Below, piece by piece: positions 1-8,944 of a stretch of 64,000 bases of DNA; within the stretch, counting starts at the first letter, position 1; each line of letters starts with the position of its first letter. The position numbers were made by a program, and so were the translations under genes. The stretch is from assembly GCA_965203905.1 (NCBI GenBank), contig CBDBDQ010000005.1, positions 7,232,001-7,296,000 on the forward strand. Reading direction: 5' to 3'. The DNA comes from Spirochaetia bacterium. Lineage in GTDB: Bacteria > Spirochaetota > Spirochaetia > SZUA-6 > Bin103. The notes beneath the pieces are model-generated. The model was given only the letters and a program-made list of their open reading frames with translations, ran no database searches and was not told the origin of the DNA.

Positions 1-53
1 TTCCGGCGCCCATCACCGAGGCGCCGCGGGACACACACATCAAGGAGGATCCC

Positions 54-2090
54 ATGAAACGAATCGCATTCCTCGCCGCGCTCGTGCTGTACGCGGCACC
101 GCTGCTGGTGATGGCCGGCGGCACCGACGAATCGGCTGCCAGCGGCGACACCGCCGCTGTCGCGGGCCCGAGTTCCGACCGCGTGCGGCTGCCGATCGGC
201 CAGTACAACATGGACGACTACGTGCAACGCACCGGCGCCGAGATCGTCTTCTCCGAGTCGCCCTTCCTGGCCGGCAAGGGTCTGCCGCCCATCGAGGAGC
301 GGCTGCCCGACAACCCGGTGGTGATGGAGACCTGGATCGAGGACGGCAAGTACGGCGGCACCCTGACCTGGACCGAGTACACCATCGACTACGACCACTA
401 CCTGCGCCACCTGAACGCGGTGCAGTTGATGGAAATCGCGCCGTCGGCGAGCAATCACCGCTACAACTTCGTTGGCGCCGAGATTCAGCCCTCGGTCCTG
501 GAGCGCTGGGAGCAGAACGACGCGGCCGACGAGTTCACCTTCACCATCCGCAAGGGGCTGAAGTGGTCGGACGGCGTGCCGGTCACCACCGAGGACGTGC
601 GCTACGCCTTCGAGGACAACTACTTCAACGAGGAGATCACGCCCAACCTGCCGACCTGGGCACAGTGGGGCGGCGAGCCGGTCAGGCTGTCGATCGTCGA
701 CGACTACACCTTTTCATTGAGCTTCGCCAAGCCCTACGGCCTGTTCCTGAGCGAGCTTACTGGGCGGGCGCCGGGACACTTCATGCGCCCGGCCCACTAC
801 ATGAAGCAGTTCCACACGGCCTACACCGACATCAAGGATATCGAGGGGGTCATGAAGGAGCAGGGCTACTCCGCCGAGGAGTGGGGCAAGTTCTACAACT
901 CCTACGACGTGCCCAGCCAGACCGCGGCCAGTTACGTCCCCACGCGCTATCCGAACGCCATCGAGGCGCCGTCGCTGCATCCCTGGAACGTGGTCGACGA
1001 GCCCAACCCGAGCGAGTTCATCCTGGAGCGCAACCCCTACTTCTACAAGATCGACCCGACCGGCAAGCAGCTTCCCTACATCGACCGCGGCCACCGCATC
1101 TTCGTCACCGACCTGGAGGTGATGACGGCCAAGATCGTGGCGGGCGAGACCGACCTGCAGTTCCAGTTCATCCGCCTCGGCGACTTCCCGCTGTTCAAGT
1201 CCAACGAGGAGAAGGGCGGCTACCGCACCATGGCGCTGCCGGCGTGGCAGGACCAGCTCCTGATCTACTTCGCCTCGCTGACGCCCGAGGACGAGGTGTA
1301 CGCCGAGATCGTGCAGGACAAGCGCTTCCGGCAGGCGGTGTCGCTGGCGATCGACCGTACCGAGGTGAAGAAGTCGGTGTTCCTGGACTTCGGGCGCGAG
1401 GCGCAGTACGCGCCGCCCAAGGGCTCCGACGTCTGGGAGCAGTACATGGACGACGCCTACATGCAGTACGACGTGGACGCCGCCAACGCGCTGCTCGACG
1501 AGATGGGCCTGCAGTGGGACGCCAAGGGCGAGTACCGGCTGATGCCCGACGGCCGCCGGCTGGCGATTCCCTTCACCTACTACGAGGTAACCCCGACCGC
1601 CACCCCCGGCGCCGAGCTGTTCCCCGAGTTCATGAAGCCGATCGGCATCGACACCCAGATCAAGCAGGTGGACGGGCGCCTGTACTGGAGCCAGAACCGC
1701 GCCTTCGAGATCCACTTCGCCGACTGGTGGCTGCCGGTGCAGTACATGCACATCTACGGCCCCGCGTTCTTCAGCGTGACCGCGTTCGGCTGGCACAACT
1801 GGATCGCTACCAACGGCGAGGCCGGAACCGAGCCGCCGGACGAGGTAAAGCGGCTGTACGAGCTCAAGGAGATCATGCAGTCCACCGGCGACGCGGCCGA
1901 ACGCCAGGCGGCCCACAAGGAGATCTGGGAGAGCCAGGCCGAAAACATCTGGGTGATCGGCACGGTCGCCGCCGCCCCGGTGCCGTTCGTGTACAACGCC
2001 AACCTGGGCAACATCGGCAACGCCGCGGATGAGGGCTATTACTCGGTGGTGGTGGGCGACGCCGCCGAGCAGTGGTACTGGAAGAATTAA
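54..2090 (+). CDS. ABC transporter substrate-binding protein, family 5 (Opp/Dpp-like, probably oligosaccharide-type)
   Basis: Signal peptide; ESPFL..LPPIEERLP, GKYGG, RKGLKWSDGVPVTTEDV, ERNPYFYKID..GKQLPYID motifs; AGGAGG RBS upstream. Confidence 0.92.
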   Translation: MKRIAFLAALVLYAAPLLVMAGGTDESAASGDTAAVAGPSSDRVRLPIGQYNMDDYVQRTGAEIVFSESPFLAGKGLPPIEERLPDNPVVMETWIEDGKYGGTLTWTEYTIDYDHYLRHLNAVQLMEIAPSASNHRYNFVGAEIQPSVLERWEQNDAADEFTFTIRKGLKWSDGVPVTTEDVRYAFEDNYFNEEITPNLPTWAQWGGEPVRLSIVDDYTFSLSFAKPYGLFLSELTGRAPGHFMRPAHYMKQFHTAYTDIKDIEGVMKEQGYSAEEWGKFYNSYDVPSQTAASYVPTRYPNAIEAPSLHPWNVVDEPNPSEFILERNPYFYKIDPTGKQLPYIDRGHRIFVTDLEVMTAKIVAGETDLQFQFIRLGDFPLFKSNEEKGGYRTMALPAWQDQLLIYFASLTPEDEVYAEIVQDKRFRQAVSLAIDRTEVKKSVFLDFGREAQYAPPKGSDVWEQYMDDAYMQYDVDAANALLDEMGLQWDAKGEYRLMPDGRRLAIPFTYYEVTPTATPGAELFPEFMKPIGIDTQIKQVDGRLYWSQNRAFEIHFADWWLPVQYMHIYGPAFFSVTAFGWHNWIATNGEAGTEPPDEVKRLYELKEIMQSTGDAAERQAAHKEIWESQAENIWVIGTVAAAPVPFVYNANLGNIGNAADEGYYSVVVGDAAEQWYWKN

Positions 2091-2178
2091 CGAGGTCGCC
2101 TTGAGACGTTCCGTCGCGCGTGTCCGGGGCTCAGCCGCCGGGCTCGCGCGGCGCTGACCTGCCCGGAGCACCGCCCGG

Positions 2179-3174
2179 ATGCTGGACTATGTGACCCGCC
2201 GCTTCGTCTACATGCTGCTGATGATAGCGGCCATGTCGCTGGTGGCGTTCATCATCATCCAACTGCCGCCCGGCGACTACCTGACCATGTACGTGCGCCA
2301 GCTCGAGGCGAGCGGCGAGGTGCTGGACGAGTCGGAAATCGAGTCGCTGCGCCGCCAGTACGGCCTCGACCAGCCGCAGCACCTCCGCTACCTGAAGTGG
2401 GTGGGCGGCATGTTCCGTGGCGACTTCGGGCGCTCGGTGCAGTGGCACAAGTCGGTGATCGACCTGGTGGGCGAGCGGCTCCTGCTCACCATCGTGATCA
2501 GCCTCGGGGCCACGGTGTTCACCTACGCGGTGGCGGTCTCCGTGGGGATCTACTCCGCCACCCACCAGTACTCGCTGTTCGACTACTCGGTGACGGTGGT
2601 GGGCTTCGTGGGCCTGGCCACGCCCAACTTCCTGCTCGCGCTGGTGCTGATGATCGTGTTCAACAATGCGTTCGGCGTCTCCATCGGCGGGTTGTTCTCG
2701 CCGGAGTACTCCACCGCGCCGTGGTCGCTGGGCAAGGTGTGGGACATGATCAAGCACCTGCCGGTGCCGATCATCGTGCTCGGCACCGCCGGCACCGCGG
2801 GCGTGATCCGGGTGATGCGCGGCATGCTGCTCGACGAGCTGCGCAAGCAGTACGTGATCACCGCGCGCACCAAGGGGCTGTCGGAGAGCCGGCTGCTGTT
2901 CCGCTACCCGGTGCGGCTGGCCCTCAACCCGATCGTCAGCACCGTGGGCTGGGTGCTGCCGGCGATCGTCTCCGGCGACACCATCACCGCCCTGGTGCTG
3001 AGCCTGCCCACCGTCGGCCCGCTGCTGTTCCGCGCCCTGCTCACCGAGGACATGTACCTGGCCGGCACCATCGTCATGTTCCTGTGCTTCCTGACCATCA
3101 TTGGCATGTTCGTCTCCGACCTGATCCTCGCCGCCCTCGACCCCCGCATCCGCTTCGAAAAAGCCCAGGCCTGA
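2179..3174 (+). CDS. ABC transporter permease (OppB/DppB-like)
   Basis: IQLPPGD, YGLD, GDFGRS, DELRKQYVITARTKGL (EAA loop), DPRIR C-terminus. Confidence 0.93.
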   Translation: MLDYVTRRFVYMLLMIAAMSLVAFIIIQLPPGDYLTMYVRQLEASGEVLDESEIESLRRQYGLDQPQHLRYLKWVGGMFRGDFGRSVQWHKSVIDLVGERLLLTIVISLGATVFTYAVAVSVGIYSATHQYSLFDYSVTVVGFVGLATPNFLLALVLMIVFNNAFGVSIGGLFSPEYSTAPWSLGKVWDMIKHLPVPIIVLGTAGTAGVIRVMRGMLLDELRKQYVITARTKGLSESRLLFRYPVRLALNPIVSTVGWVLPAIVSGDTITALVLSLPTVGPLLFRALLTEDMYLAGTIVMFLCFLTIIGMFVSDLILAALDPRIRFEKAQA

Positions 3175-3278
3175 CGCCCTCCGCCGCACTCGAACCGCAG
3201 CCCGAACAGATCCGACGATCCGGAGCGATCCGCGTGATTGGGTGGGTCGTAGTACCACCGATCGACACACTGTTCCTG

Positions 3279-3473
3279 TTGAACAACAAGCATCGCAAGA
3301 CCCTCGCCAGCGCGTTTATGAACCCGGTGTCTGGCTCCATCGAGTGGACCGATGTCGAGACTCTGCTTCTCGCCGCCGGCGCGCGGCTGATCAAGGGACG
3401 AGGCTCACGTGTGCGGTTGGAGAAAGATGGTGAGATTGAGACGTTCCACAGGCCGCACCCGAGCAATAGCTAG
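3279..3473 (+). pseudogene. hicA: HicA-family toxin, C-terminally truncated, no hicB
   Basis: TTG start; NNKHRKTL..PVSGSIEWTDVETLL..GSRVR..FHRPHP matches HicA but stops 3 codons after HRPHP. Confidence 0.72.
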
Positions 3474-3490
3474 GCAATCGTCCGCCGGTG

Positions 3491-3923
3491 TCAGCCGTCG
3501 GCCACCTCGAACGCCGTCACGTTTCGCGTTTCGCGGCTGAACTCCACCCCGATCAAGTGGATCCGCTGCCCCCCACCAGGAGCAGTCGGCCCGCCACCGG
3601 ATCGGGCACTCCCCAACCGTGTCCGCTCGCCGCGGGAGCGGTACTTCGCCGCGTAGTCCCGCTCCCGCAACTGCGCCAGCGCCGATCCCGACGATGCCAT
3701 CTCCACCACCTTGAACTCGAACAGATACACGTGCCCGCCGGTGCGTACTGCCATGTCCAACCGCCCGTGGTTGCTCGATTCCTCCACCGCGATCTCGTAC
3801 CCCAGCGCCGCGAAGTACGAGTAGAACACGCTCGCGTAGAAGCCCTCGTAATTCGCGATCTGGTTGTTCGTGTACCACTGGTACGGGATGCTCGCGAAGA
3901 ACGTGTGGAACAGCTCCTTCAGG
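3491..3923 (-). pseudogene. 3' fragment of AAA-ATPase-like / PD-(D/E)XK (PDDEXK_9) gene
   Basis: LKELFHTFFASIPYQWY..NYEGFYASVFYSYFAALG..GRLDM..FEFK..IGVEFSRETRNV; very similar to the 3' end of 6618..7496; no 5' part. Confidence 0.85.
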
Positions 3924-3989
3924 CCCTCTCAGCGCCCGCGGGTGGCGCGGCCTCGGTCAGGCGGTGGTTGCTCCACGGTCCACTCACCC

Positions 3990-4172
3990 CCTCGACCGAG
4001 CAGTAGACAGTTATGCCCGCGCGCATCATCAGGATAGTCCCCCACGAGTTCGCCCAACTCAACTGCCGTTCTGACCTCGCCTGAGTAATTACTCTCTCAG
4101 GGGGTGCCATCTGCCGTACAGCGTGCTGCAGGTACAGCAGGCATCAGGCGACAGCGCGCCGCACACGTCCAT
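3990..4172 (-). pseudogene. Frameshifted DUF4258-like (putative toxin) relic
   Basis: Manual translation: LLYLQHAVRQMAPPERVIT, then frameshift to EVRTAVELGELVGDYPDDARGHNCLLLGR. Confidence 0.6.
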
Positions 4173-4201
4173 GGTCCCTTCCGAGGCCATTCATTTGGGC
4201 C

Positions 4202-4229
4202 TTGACCGTGAGGAGGCTTTGAGTATGAT
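4202..4229 (+). promoter_or_regulatory. Putative sigma70 promoter of the antitoxin-mazF operon
   Basis: TTGACC-16 nt-TATGAT, ending about 20 nt upstream of ATG 4249. Confidence 0.55.
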
Positions 4230-4248
4230 CTTACTGAGGATATGATTC

Positions 4249-4542
4249 ATGAATGAGCGCGTCACCGTCACGCTGCCCGCGGAGTTGGTTCGGGAAATCG
4301 ACCGCCACGAGCGCAATCGGAGCAAGTTCGTCTTGCGCTCAGTCCAACGCGAGCTGGACCGGCGCCGGCGGGACGAGCTTCGCCGCTCGCTGCGGAAGCC
4401 CCACGTGGAGAGTCAAGCGCTCGCCGAGGCCGGCGAGCGCGAGTGGTTGGCCGGTCTACCTGACGGAGACGGGGACCTGGTTGACCTGGCGCAGGGCCAG
4501 GCCGTTCGCTGGATCCCTGGACAGGGCTGGATCGAGCAATAG
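4249..4542 (+). CDS. Ribbon-helix-helix (CopG-like) antitoxin
   Basis: ERVTVTLPAELVREID..NRSKFV RHH pattern; directly upstream of a PemK/MazF toxin. Confidence 0.78.
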   Translation: MNERVTVTLPAELVREIDRHERNRSKFVLRSVQRELDRRRRDELRRSLRKPHVESQALAEAGEREWLAGLPDGDGDLVDLAQGQAVRWIPGQGWIEQ

Positions 4543-4592
4543 TGTGCGCGACCGCGGGCGGCGCCACGCGCGGTGTCTCGGGGTAGCGCGTC

Positions 4593-4937
4593 GTGCGACT
4601 CGGTCGCGGAACCATCGTACTGGTGACGCTCGATCCGACCCTCGGCCACGAGCAGCAACGCTTGCGGCCGTGCGTGGTGGTAACCGATCCAGAGGTGACA
4701 GAGGATCAGCGCTTTCCGATGGTCTGTGTTGTTCCGGTCACCATGACCCGAGGTGAGGGTGCCCTCTATCCGACGCTAACGCCGGGCGGGAGCGGCCTGC
4801 GAGCCTCTTCATACGCATTGGTGGACCAGGTTCGTGCCGTCGACAAGCGGCGCATTACCAGGGTCTTCGGTCGGGTCAGCGCCGACGAGCTGAAGGCGAT
4901 CGATGAGGGTCTGCGATTGTTGCTGGGCCTGGGGTGA
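4593..4937 (+). CDS. mazF: PemK/MazF-family endoribonuclease toxin
   Basis: RGTIVLVTLDPTLGHEQQRLRPCVVV..VVPVT..SYALVDQVRAVDKRRI. Confidence 0.9.
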   Translation: MRLGRGTIVLVTLDPTLGHEQQRLRPCVVVTDPEVTEDQRFPMVCVVPVTMTRGEGALYPTLTPGGSGLRASSYALVDQVRAVDKRRITRVFGRVSADELKAIDEGLRLLLGLG

Positions 4938-5221
4938 TGTGACGGCGCGGAGTAGTGCGGTGCCGGACGAGGTTCCAGGGTTTCGATTCGGTTGTCGTGG
5001 ACAACGAGGACGGCGACTGCGACCGGAAACTGGCTGAGGTTCTGCTGGTGCTGGAGGTTCTGGTCAACGGTGACGAACACATCGAACTCGGTCGCAGCCC
5101 TGCGAAGCAGCTCGCCGTTGCGGATGCCTGCCCAGCCCCTCCGTGGCACGGTCTGCACCTCATGGCCTTCCAGTAGCCGAGCAAACTGACGCGGGACCGA
5201 CTCATCGAGCAGAATGCGCAC
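4766..5221 (-). CDS. DUF5615 PIN-like toxin (C-terminus probably corrupted, reads antisense into mazF)
   Basis: MRILLDESVP..GWAGIRNGELL..FDVFVTVDQNL; resemblance lost after NRIETLEP. Confidence 0.75.
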   Translation of the reverse strand: MRILLDESVPRQFARLLEGHEVQTVPRRGWAGIRNGELLRRAATEFDVFVTVDQNLQHQQNLSQFPVAVAVLVVHDNRIETLEPRPAPHYSAPSHHPRPSNNRRPSSIAFSSSALTRPKTLVMRRLSTARTWSTNAYEEARRPLPPGVSVG

Positions 5222-5429
5222 GGTCTATGAGCAGTTCGCCGGCAAGCTCAAGCACATCCTTGGCCTGGCGGCGGGACACCGAGGGGAAGGAATCGAGGAA
5301 CTTGTCCAGGCTGTCGCCGGCTTCCAGATGGTCCCACAGACTCTGGACGGGCACCCGGGTGCCGGCGAATACGGGCATTCCTGACATGATCTCTGAGTCC
5401 TGGACAACCAAGCCGGAGAGGCTGCGCAT
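5202..5429 (-). CDS. DUF433 antitoxin
   Basis: DSEIMSGMPVFAGTRVPVQSLWDHLEAGDSLDKFLDSFPSV; overlaps the start of the DUF5615 gene. Confidence 0.88.
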   Translation of the reverse strand: MRSLSGLVVQDSEIMSGMPVFAGTRVPVQSLWDHLEAGDSLDKFLDSFPSVSRRQAKDVLELAGELLIDRAHSAR

Positions 5430-5607
5430 CTGTGCTGGCTCCCTTGAAACGAGGATAAACAAATCTCGGCGTTGGTGGAAGAAGAACGCTGACCGGCGTG
5501 CTTGCATATTGGTGGCAGCCGCTCAACCTCGCGTTCGATCATCCTCGCAGCCTCTGCGCGACTCTTGAGATTTGCAGGGATCGCTCGTTCGATGTCGCGG
5601 TGGATGC

Positions 5608-6435
5608 CTACTCCGGGTGCTCCTTGAACTCGGTATAGTCGCGCTCTAGTTGCTCGGCGTTCGGGTCCAGGACCGGGCCCGCGTCGTCCTGTGGCTCGTA
5701 GCCGAGCACCTCGCGCGCCTTGTCGAGCGAGAAGATTTTCCAGTAGTTGTCCGAGGTGGCGAACACCACCGTGTAGCCGACCTCCGGGGGAGCGTCGATG
5801 GCGCGGATGTGGATCTGGGCGGTGTCGCGGTGGCTCAGCCACAAGGAGAGGGCCGAACCATCGAAGGTGGGCACGTCGTTGGACAGCGTGAAGCCGATCC
5901 GGATGGCGATAGTGGAGAGGCCGCGGGTGTCGTAGTAGTAGTGGCCCATCGCCTCGCCGTAGGCCTTGGACATGCCGTAGTAGCCTGACGGGCGGATCGG
6001 CGCGGTCTCGTCCAGTAGCGGGTAGGGACGCTGCACGCGCTCGAATTCCCCGGCGAAGATGTCGCAGTAGGGCCGATCGCGGTAGAAGCCACCCACCGCG
6101 TGCTGGGAGCTGCCGAACACGATGCGCCGCACCCCGCAGCGCAGCGCCGCCTGGTACACGTTGTACAGCCCCTGGATGTTGAAGCTGACGGTGGAGTCGA
6201 AGGGCGCCTTCATGCTGCGGTCGGCGGCCAGGTGCACCACCACGTCCTGGTCCTTGAACGCCGGCACCAGCGAGTCGATGTCGGCGATGTTGCCGCGGAA
6301 GTCGTGCTCCGCGTCGAGCCCCGGGGTGCCGTAGCGCGACAGCGCCGAGAGTTCGTAGCGCTCCGCGAGCTGGCGCTGCATCGCCTGCCCCACCACCCCG
6401 CTCAGTCCAGTAACCAGTACCCGGGTCTTCGCCAC
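5608..6435 (-). CDS. NAD-dependent epimerase/dehydratase (uronate dehydrogenase-like)
   Basis: VLVTGLSGVVG, VVVHLAA, YGMSK; GTG start behind GGGAGG. Confidence 0.85.
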   Translation of the reverse strand: MAKTRVLVTGLSGVVGQAMQRQLAERYELSALSRYGTPGLDAEHDFRGNIADIDSLVPAFKDQDVVVHLAADRSMKAPFDSTVSFNIQGLYNVYQAALRCGVRRIVFGSSQHAVGGFYRDRPYCDIFAGEFERVQRPYPLLDETAPIRPSGYYGMSKAYGEAMGHYYYDTRGLSTIAIRIGFTLSNDVPTFDGSALSLWLSHRDTAQIHIRAIDAPPEVGYTVVFATSDNYWKIFSLDKAREVLGYEPQDDAGPVLDPNAEQLERDYTEFKEHPE

Positions 6436-6617
6436 CAGTGCCTCCCGCGGCGCAGTGTAGCGCGAGTCGGCGCTTTGTGGGCACCGCCCGGCGGGGCGAG
6501 CCGGCGCCTCATCAGCGACTCCTGCACGACGCGCGACGCCGGCTGCATCCTCTACACCGCGACCGAATTCCCGCCGCAACGCTCGTCGCGTCGGTGTCGA
6601 AGCCCGAGGTCACGTCG

Positions 6618-7496
6618 TCAGCCGTCGGCCACCTCGAACGCCGTCACGTTGCGCGTCTCGCGGCTGAACTCGACGCCGATCAGGTGGATCGGCTCGCCGC
6701 GGCCGCGGTACTTCGCGGCGTAGTCCCGCTCCTGCAACTGCGCCAGCGCCGCTCCCGGCGGCGCCTTGAACTCGAACAGGTATACATGCCCGCCCGTGCG
6801 CACCGCCATGTCCAGCCGGCCGTGGCTGCTCGAGTCCTCCACCGTAATCTCGTAGCCGAGCGCCGCGAAGTAGGAGTAGAAGACCAGGTTCACCTTCGAG
6901 AACTTGCTGATGCCGGTCAGGAAGGTGAACCGCACGTGCGCGTCCGAGTCCTTGATAACCCCGTAAAGGCCGCGCAGGTAGTCGCGGTTGGCGCGCGCCA
7001 CCTCCGGCGCCTCCACCAGCGCGTCCAGGATCGGCTTGTCGTACTCGTCCACCAGCACCGCGACCGGCCGTCCCGTCTTGCGATGGAGCGCTCGCAGCAG
7101 ACGGCGCAACCGCCCGCCGGCGCTGCTCACCCCGCGCGCTTCGATCTGCGCCTCGTCTTCCAGGTCCTCCAACTGGAGCAGCACGTCCTCATGCAGCTTC
7201 CCGCGCTCCGTGAAGCTCTCCCCGCCGAAGCTCAGCCGTACCACCGGATGGCGCTGCGACCAGTCGTGCCGGTCGTGGATGTAGAGCCCGGCGAACAGCG
7301 CCTCGTTGCCCTCGAAGAACTCCTTCAGCGTGTCCAGGAACAGGCTCTTGCCGAACCGCCGCGGCCGCGACAGGAAATAGCGCGTACCCTCGCGGAGCAG
7401 CCGTTCGACGTACGGCGTCTTGTCCACGTAGTAGCAGCCCTCCTCCCGCAGCGTGCGGTAGGTCTGGATGCCGATGGGCAGTCTGTGCCGCGTCAC
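6618..7496 (-). pseudogene. AAA-ATPase-like + PD-(D/E)XK protein with large in-frame internal deletion
   Basis: LPIGIQ, YYVDKT, RPRRFGKSL, LVDEYDKP, LTGISKFSKVNL joined directly to VFYSYFAALG of the nuclease domain; only 292 aa. Confidence 0.82.
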
Positions 7497-7563
7497 AGGC
7501 GCATCGTACCCCGTCGTGGGTCGGCGCTCATACTGCCGCGCTGTCGGCTTGGGCCTGAGAGCC

Positions 7564-8925
7564 CTACGAGCCCGCGTACGCGTCCAACTCGCCCTCCTGA
7601 AACGAGACCTCCAGCCACGGGTCGCGGGTCTCCCGGCGAAACTCCAGCAACCTCGCGCGCATCTTCGTCGCCACCGCCGCCAACGAAGGCTCGGCGATCA
7701 GGTTGCGGGTCTCGTCGGGGTCGGCCTCCATGTCGAACAGCGCCTCGCGGTCCTGCTGCAGAAAGCCCGCGCGCGGCCGCCGGCCCAGCATGTCGATCTC
7801 CTCGTCTCGCACCGCGGTCCAGGTGAGCGAGCGGAACAGGTCGCTCGGCAGCGGCGTCTCGAGCCGGTGCGCCAGGTTGCGCACGTACTTGTAGCGGCGT
7901 CCGCGCAGCGCCCGGTAGGGGTAGTAGTTGGTGACCTCGTGGAAGCAGTGGGAGAAGAAGGTTTCCTCCCAGATTCCATCTCCGGGATGGGGAGTGTCAT
8001 CTTCCAGGATCGGCAGCAGCGAACGGCCCGGCAGTGCCACGTCTCCCTGCGGCTGCTCCGCCCCGCACCACTCCAGGATGGTGGGCATGAAGTCGACCCA
8101 GCTCATCAGCGCCCGGCTGTGGATGCCGCCCCGGCGCTGCTGCGGATCGCACACGATCAGCGGGCAGCGATGGCCGCTGTCGAAGCTGGAGGCCTTGGCG
8201 CCGGGGAACGGCATGGCGTGGTCGGTGGTGACGAAGATCAGCGTCTCCCCGGCACGGCCCGACGCTTCCAGCGCCGCCACCACCGCGCCCACCACCTGGT
8301 CGTAGCGCGACACGCTCTCGTAGTACTCCGCCAGGTCGCGGCGCACCCGCGGCACGTCGGGCAGGAACCCGGGCACGATCACTTCCTCGGGGTCGTAGGG
8401 CGCGGGCGTGATGCCGGCGTGCATCCGCTCGTTGCCGAAGCCACGCCCGGCGCGATGCGGATACGCCGAGCCGACGTGCAGGTAGAAGGGCTGCTTCGCG
8501 TGCCCGCTCAGGAACGCCGTCACCTTCGCCGCCATGTCGTCCGGACTGCGGAGGTCGACCTGCGGCTCGTAGTCGAACGGATAGACGCTCGCCGGCTCCA
8601 CGTGCTTCTTGCCGATGCAGGCGGTCGCGTACCCGTTGGCCCGCAGGATCGCAGGCGTCGACTGCATCCACTCGTGGGTGCGGAACCCGTGGATGCCGTG
8701 GCAGTGCCCGTACTGGCCGTGGGTGTGGCTGTGCTGGCCGGTCAGGATGCAGGCGCGGCTCACCGCGCACGACGGGCTGGTGCAGAACGCGTAGTCGAAC
8801 ACCGTCCCGCGCGCCGCGAGCGCGTCGATGTGCGGCGTCCTGATCACCTCGTTGCCGTAGCAGCGCGCCAGCCGGCTCCAGTCGTCGGCGATGACGAACA
8901 GCACGCTGCGGCGGCGGTCACTCAC
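7564..8925 (-). CDS. Sulfatase (N-sulfoglucosamine sulfohydrolase-like)
   Basis: LFVIADD, SPSCAVSRACILTG, GKKH, TTDHAMPFPGAK, HEVTNYYPYR. Confidence 0.9.
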   Translation of the reverse strand: MSDRRRSVLFVIADDWSRLARCYGNEVIRTPHIDALAARGTVFDYAFCTSPSCAVSRACILTGQHSHTHGQYGHCHGIHGFRTHEWMQSTPAILRANGYATACIGKKHVEPASVYPFDYEPQVDLRSPDDMAAKVTAFLSGHAKQPFYLHVGSAYPHRAGRGFGNERMHAGITPAPYDPEEVIVPGFLPDVPRVRRDLAEYYESVSRYDQVVGAVVAALEASGRAGETLIFVTTDHAMPFPGAKASSFDSGHRCPLIVCDPQQRRGGIHSRALMSWVDFMPTILEWCGAEQPQGDVALPGRSLLPILEDDTPHPGDGIWEETFFSHCFHEVTNYYPYRALRGRRYKYVRNLAHRLETPLPSDLFRSLTWTAVRDEEIDMLGRRPRAGFLQQDREALFDMEADPDETRNLIAEPSLAAVATKMRARLLEFRRETRDPWLEVSFQEGELDAYAGS

Positions 8926-8944
8926 CGGCGTGGGATCGGGGCAA

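Noticed and set aside
5430-5607. AT-richer spacer with coding-like text (NLKSRAEAARMIEREVERL)
   Set aside because: Could be another relic but I cannot assign a family
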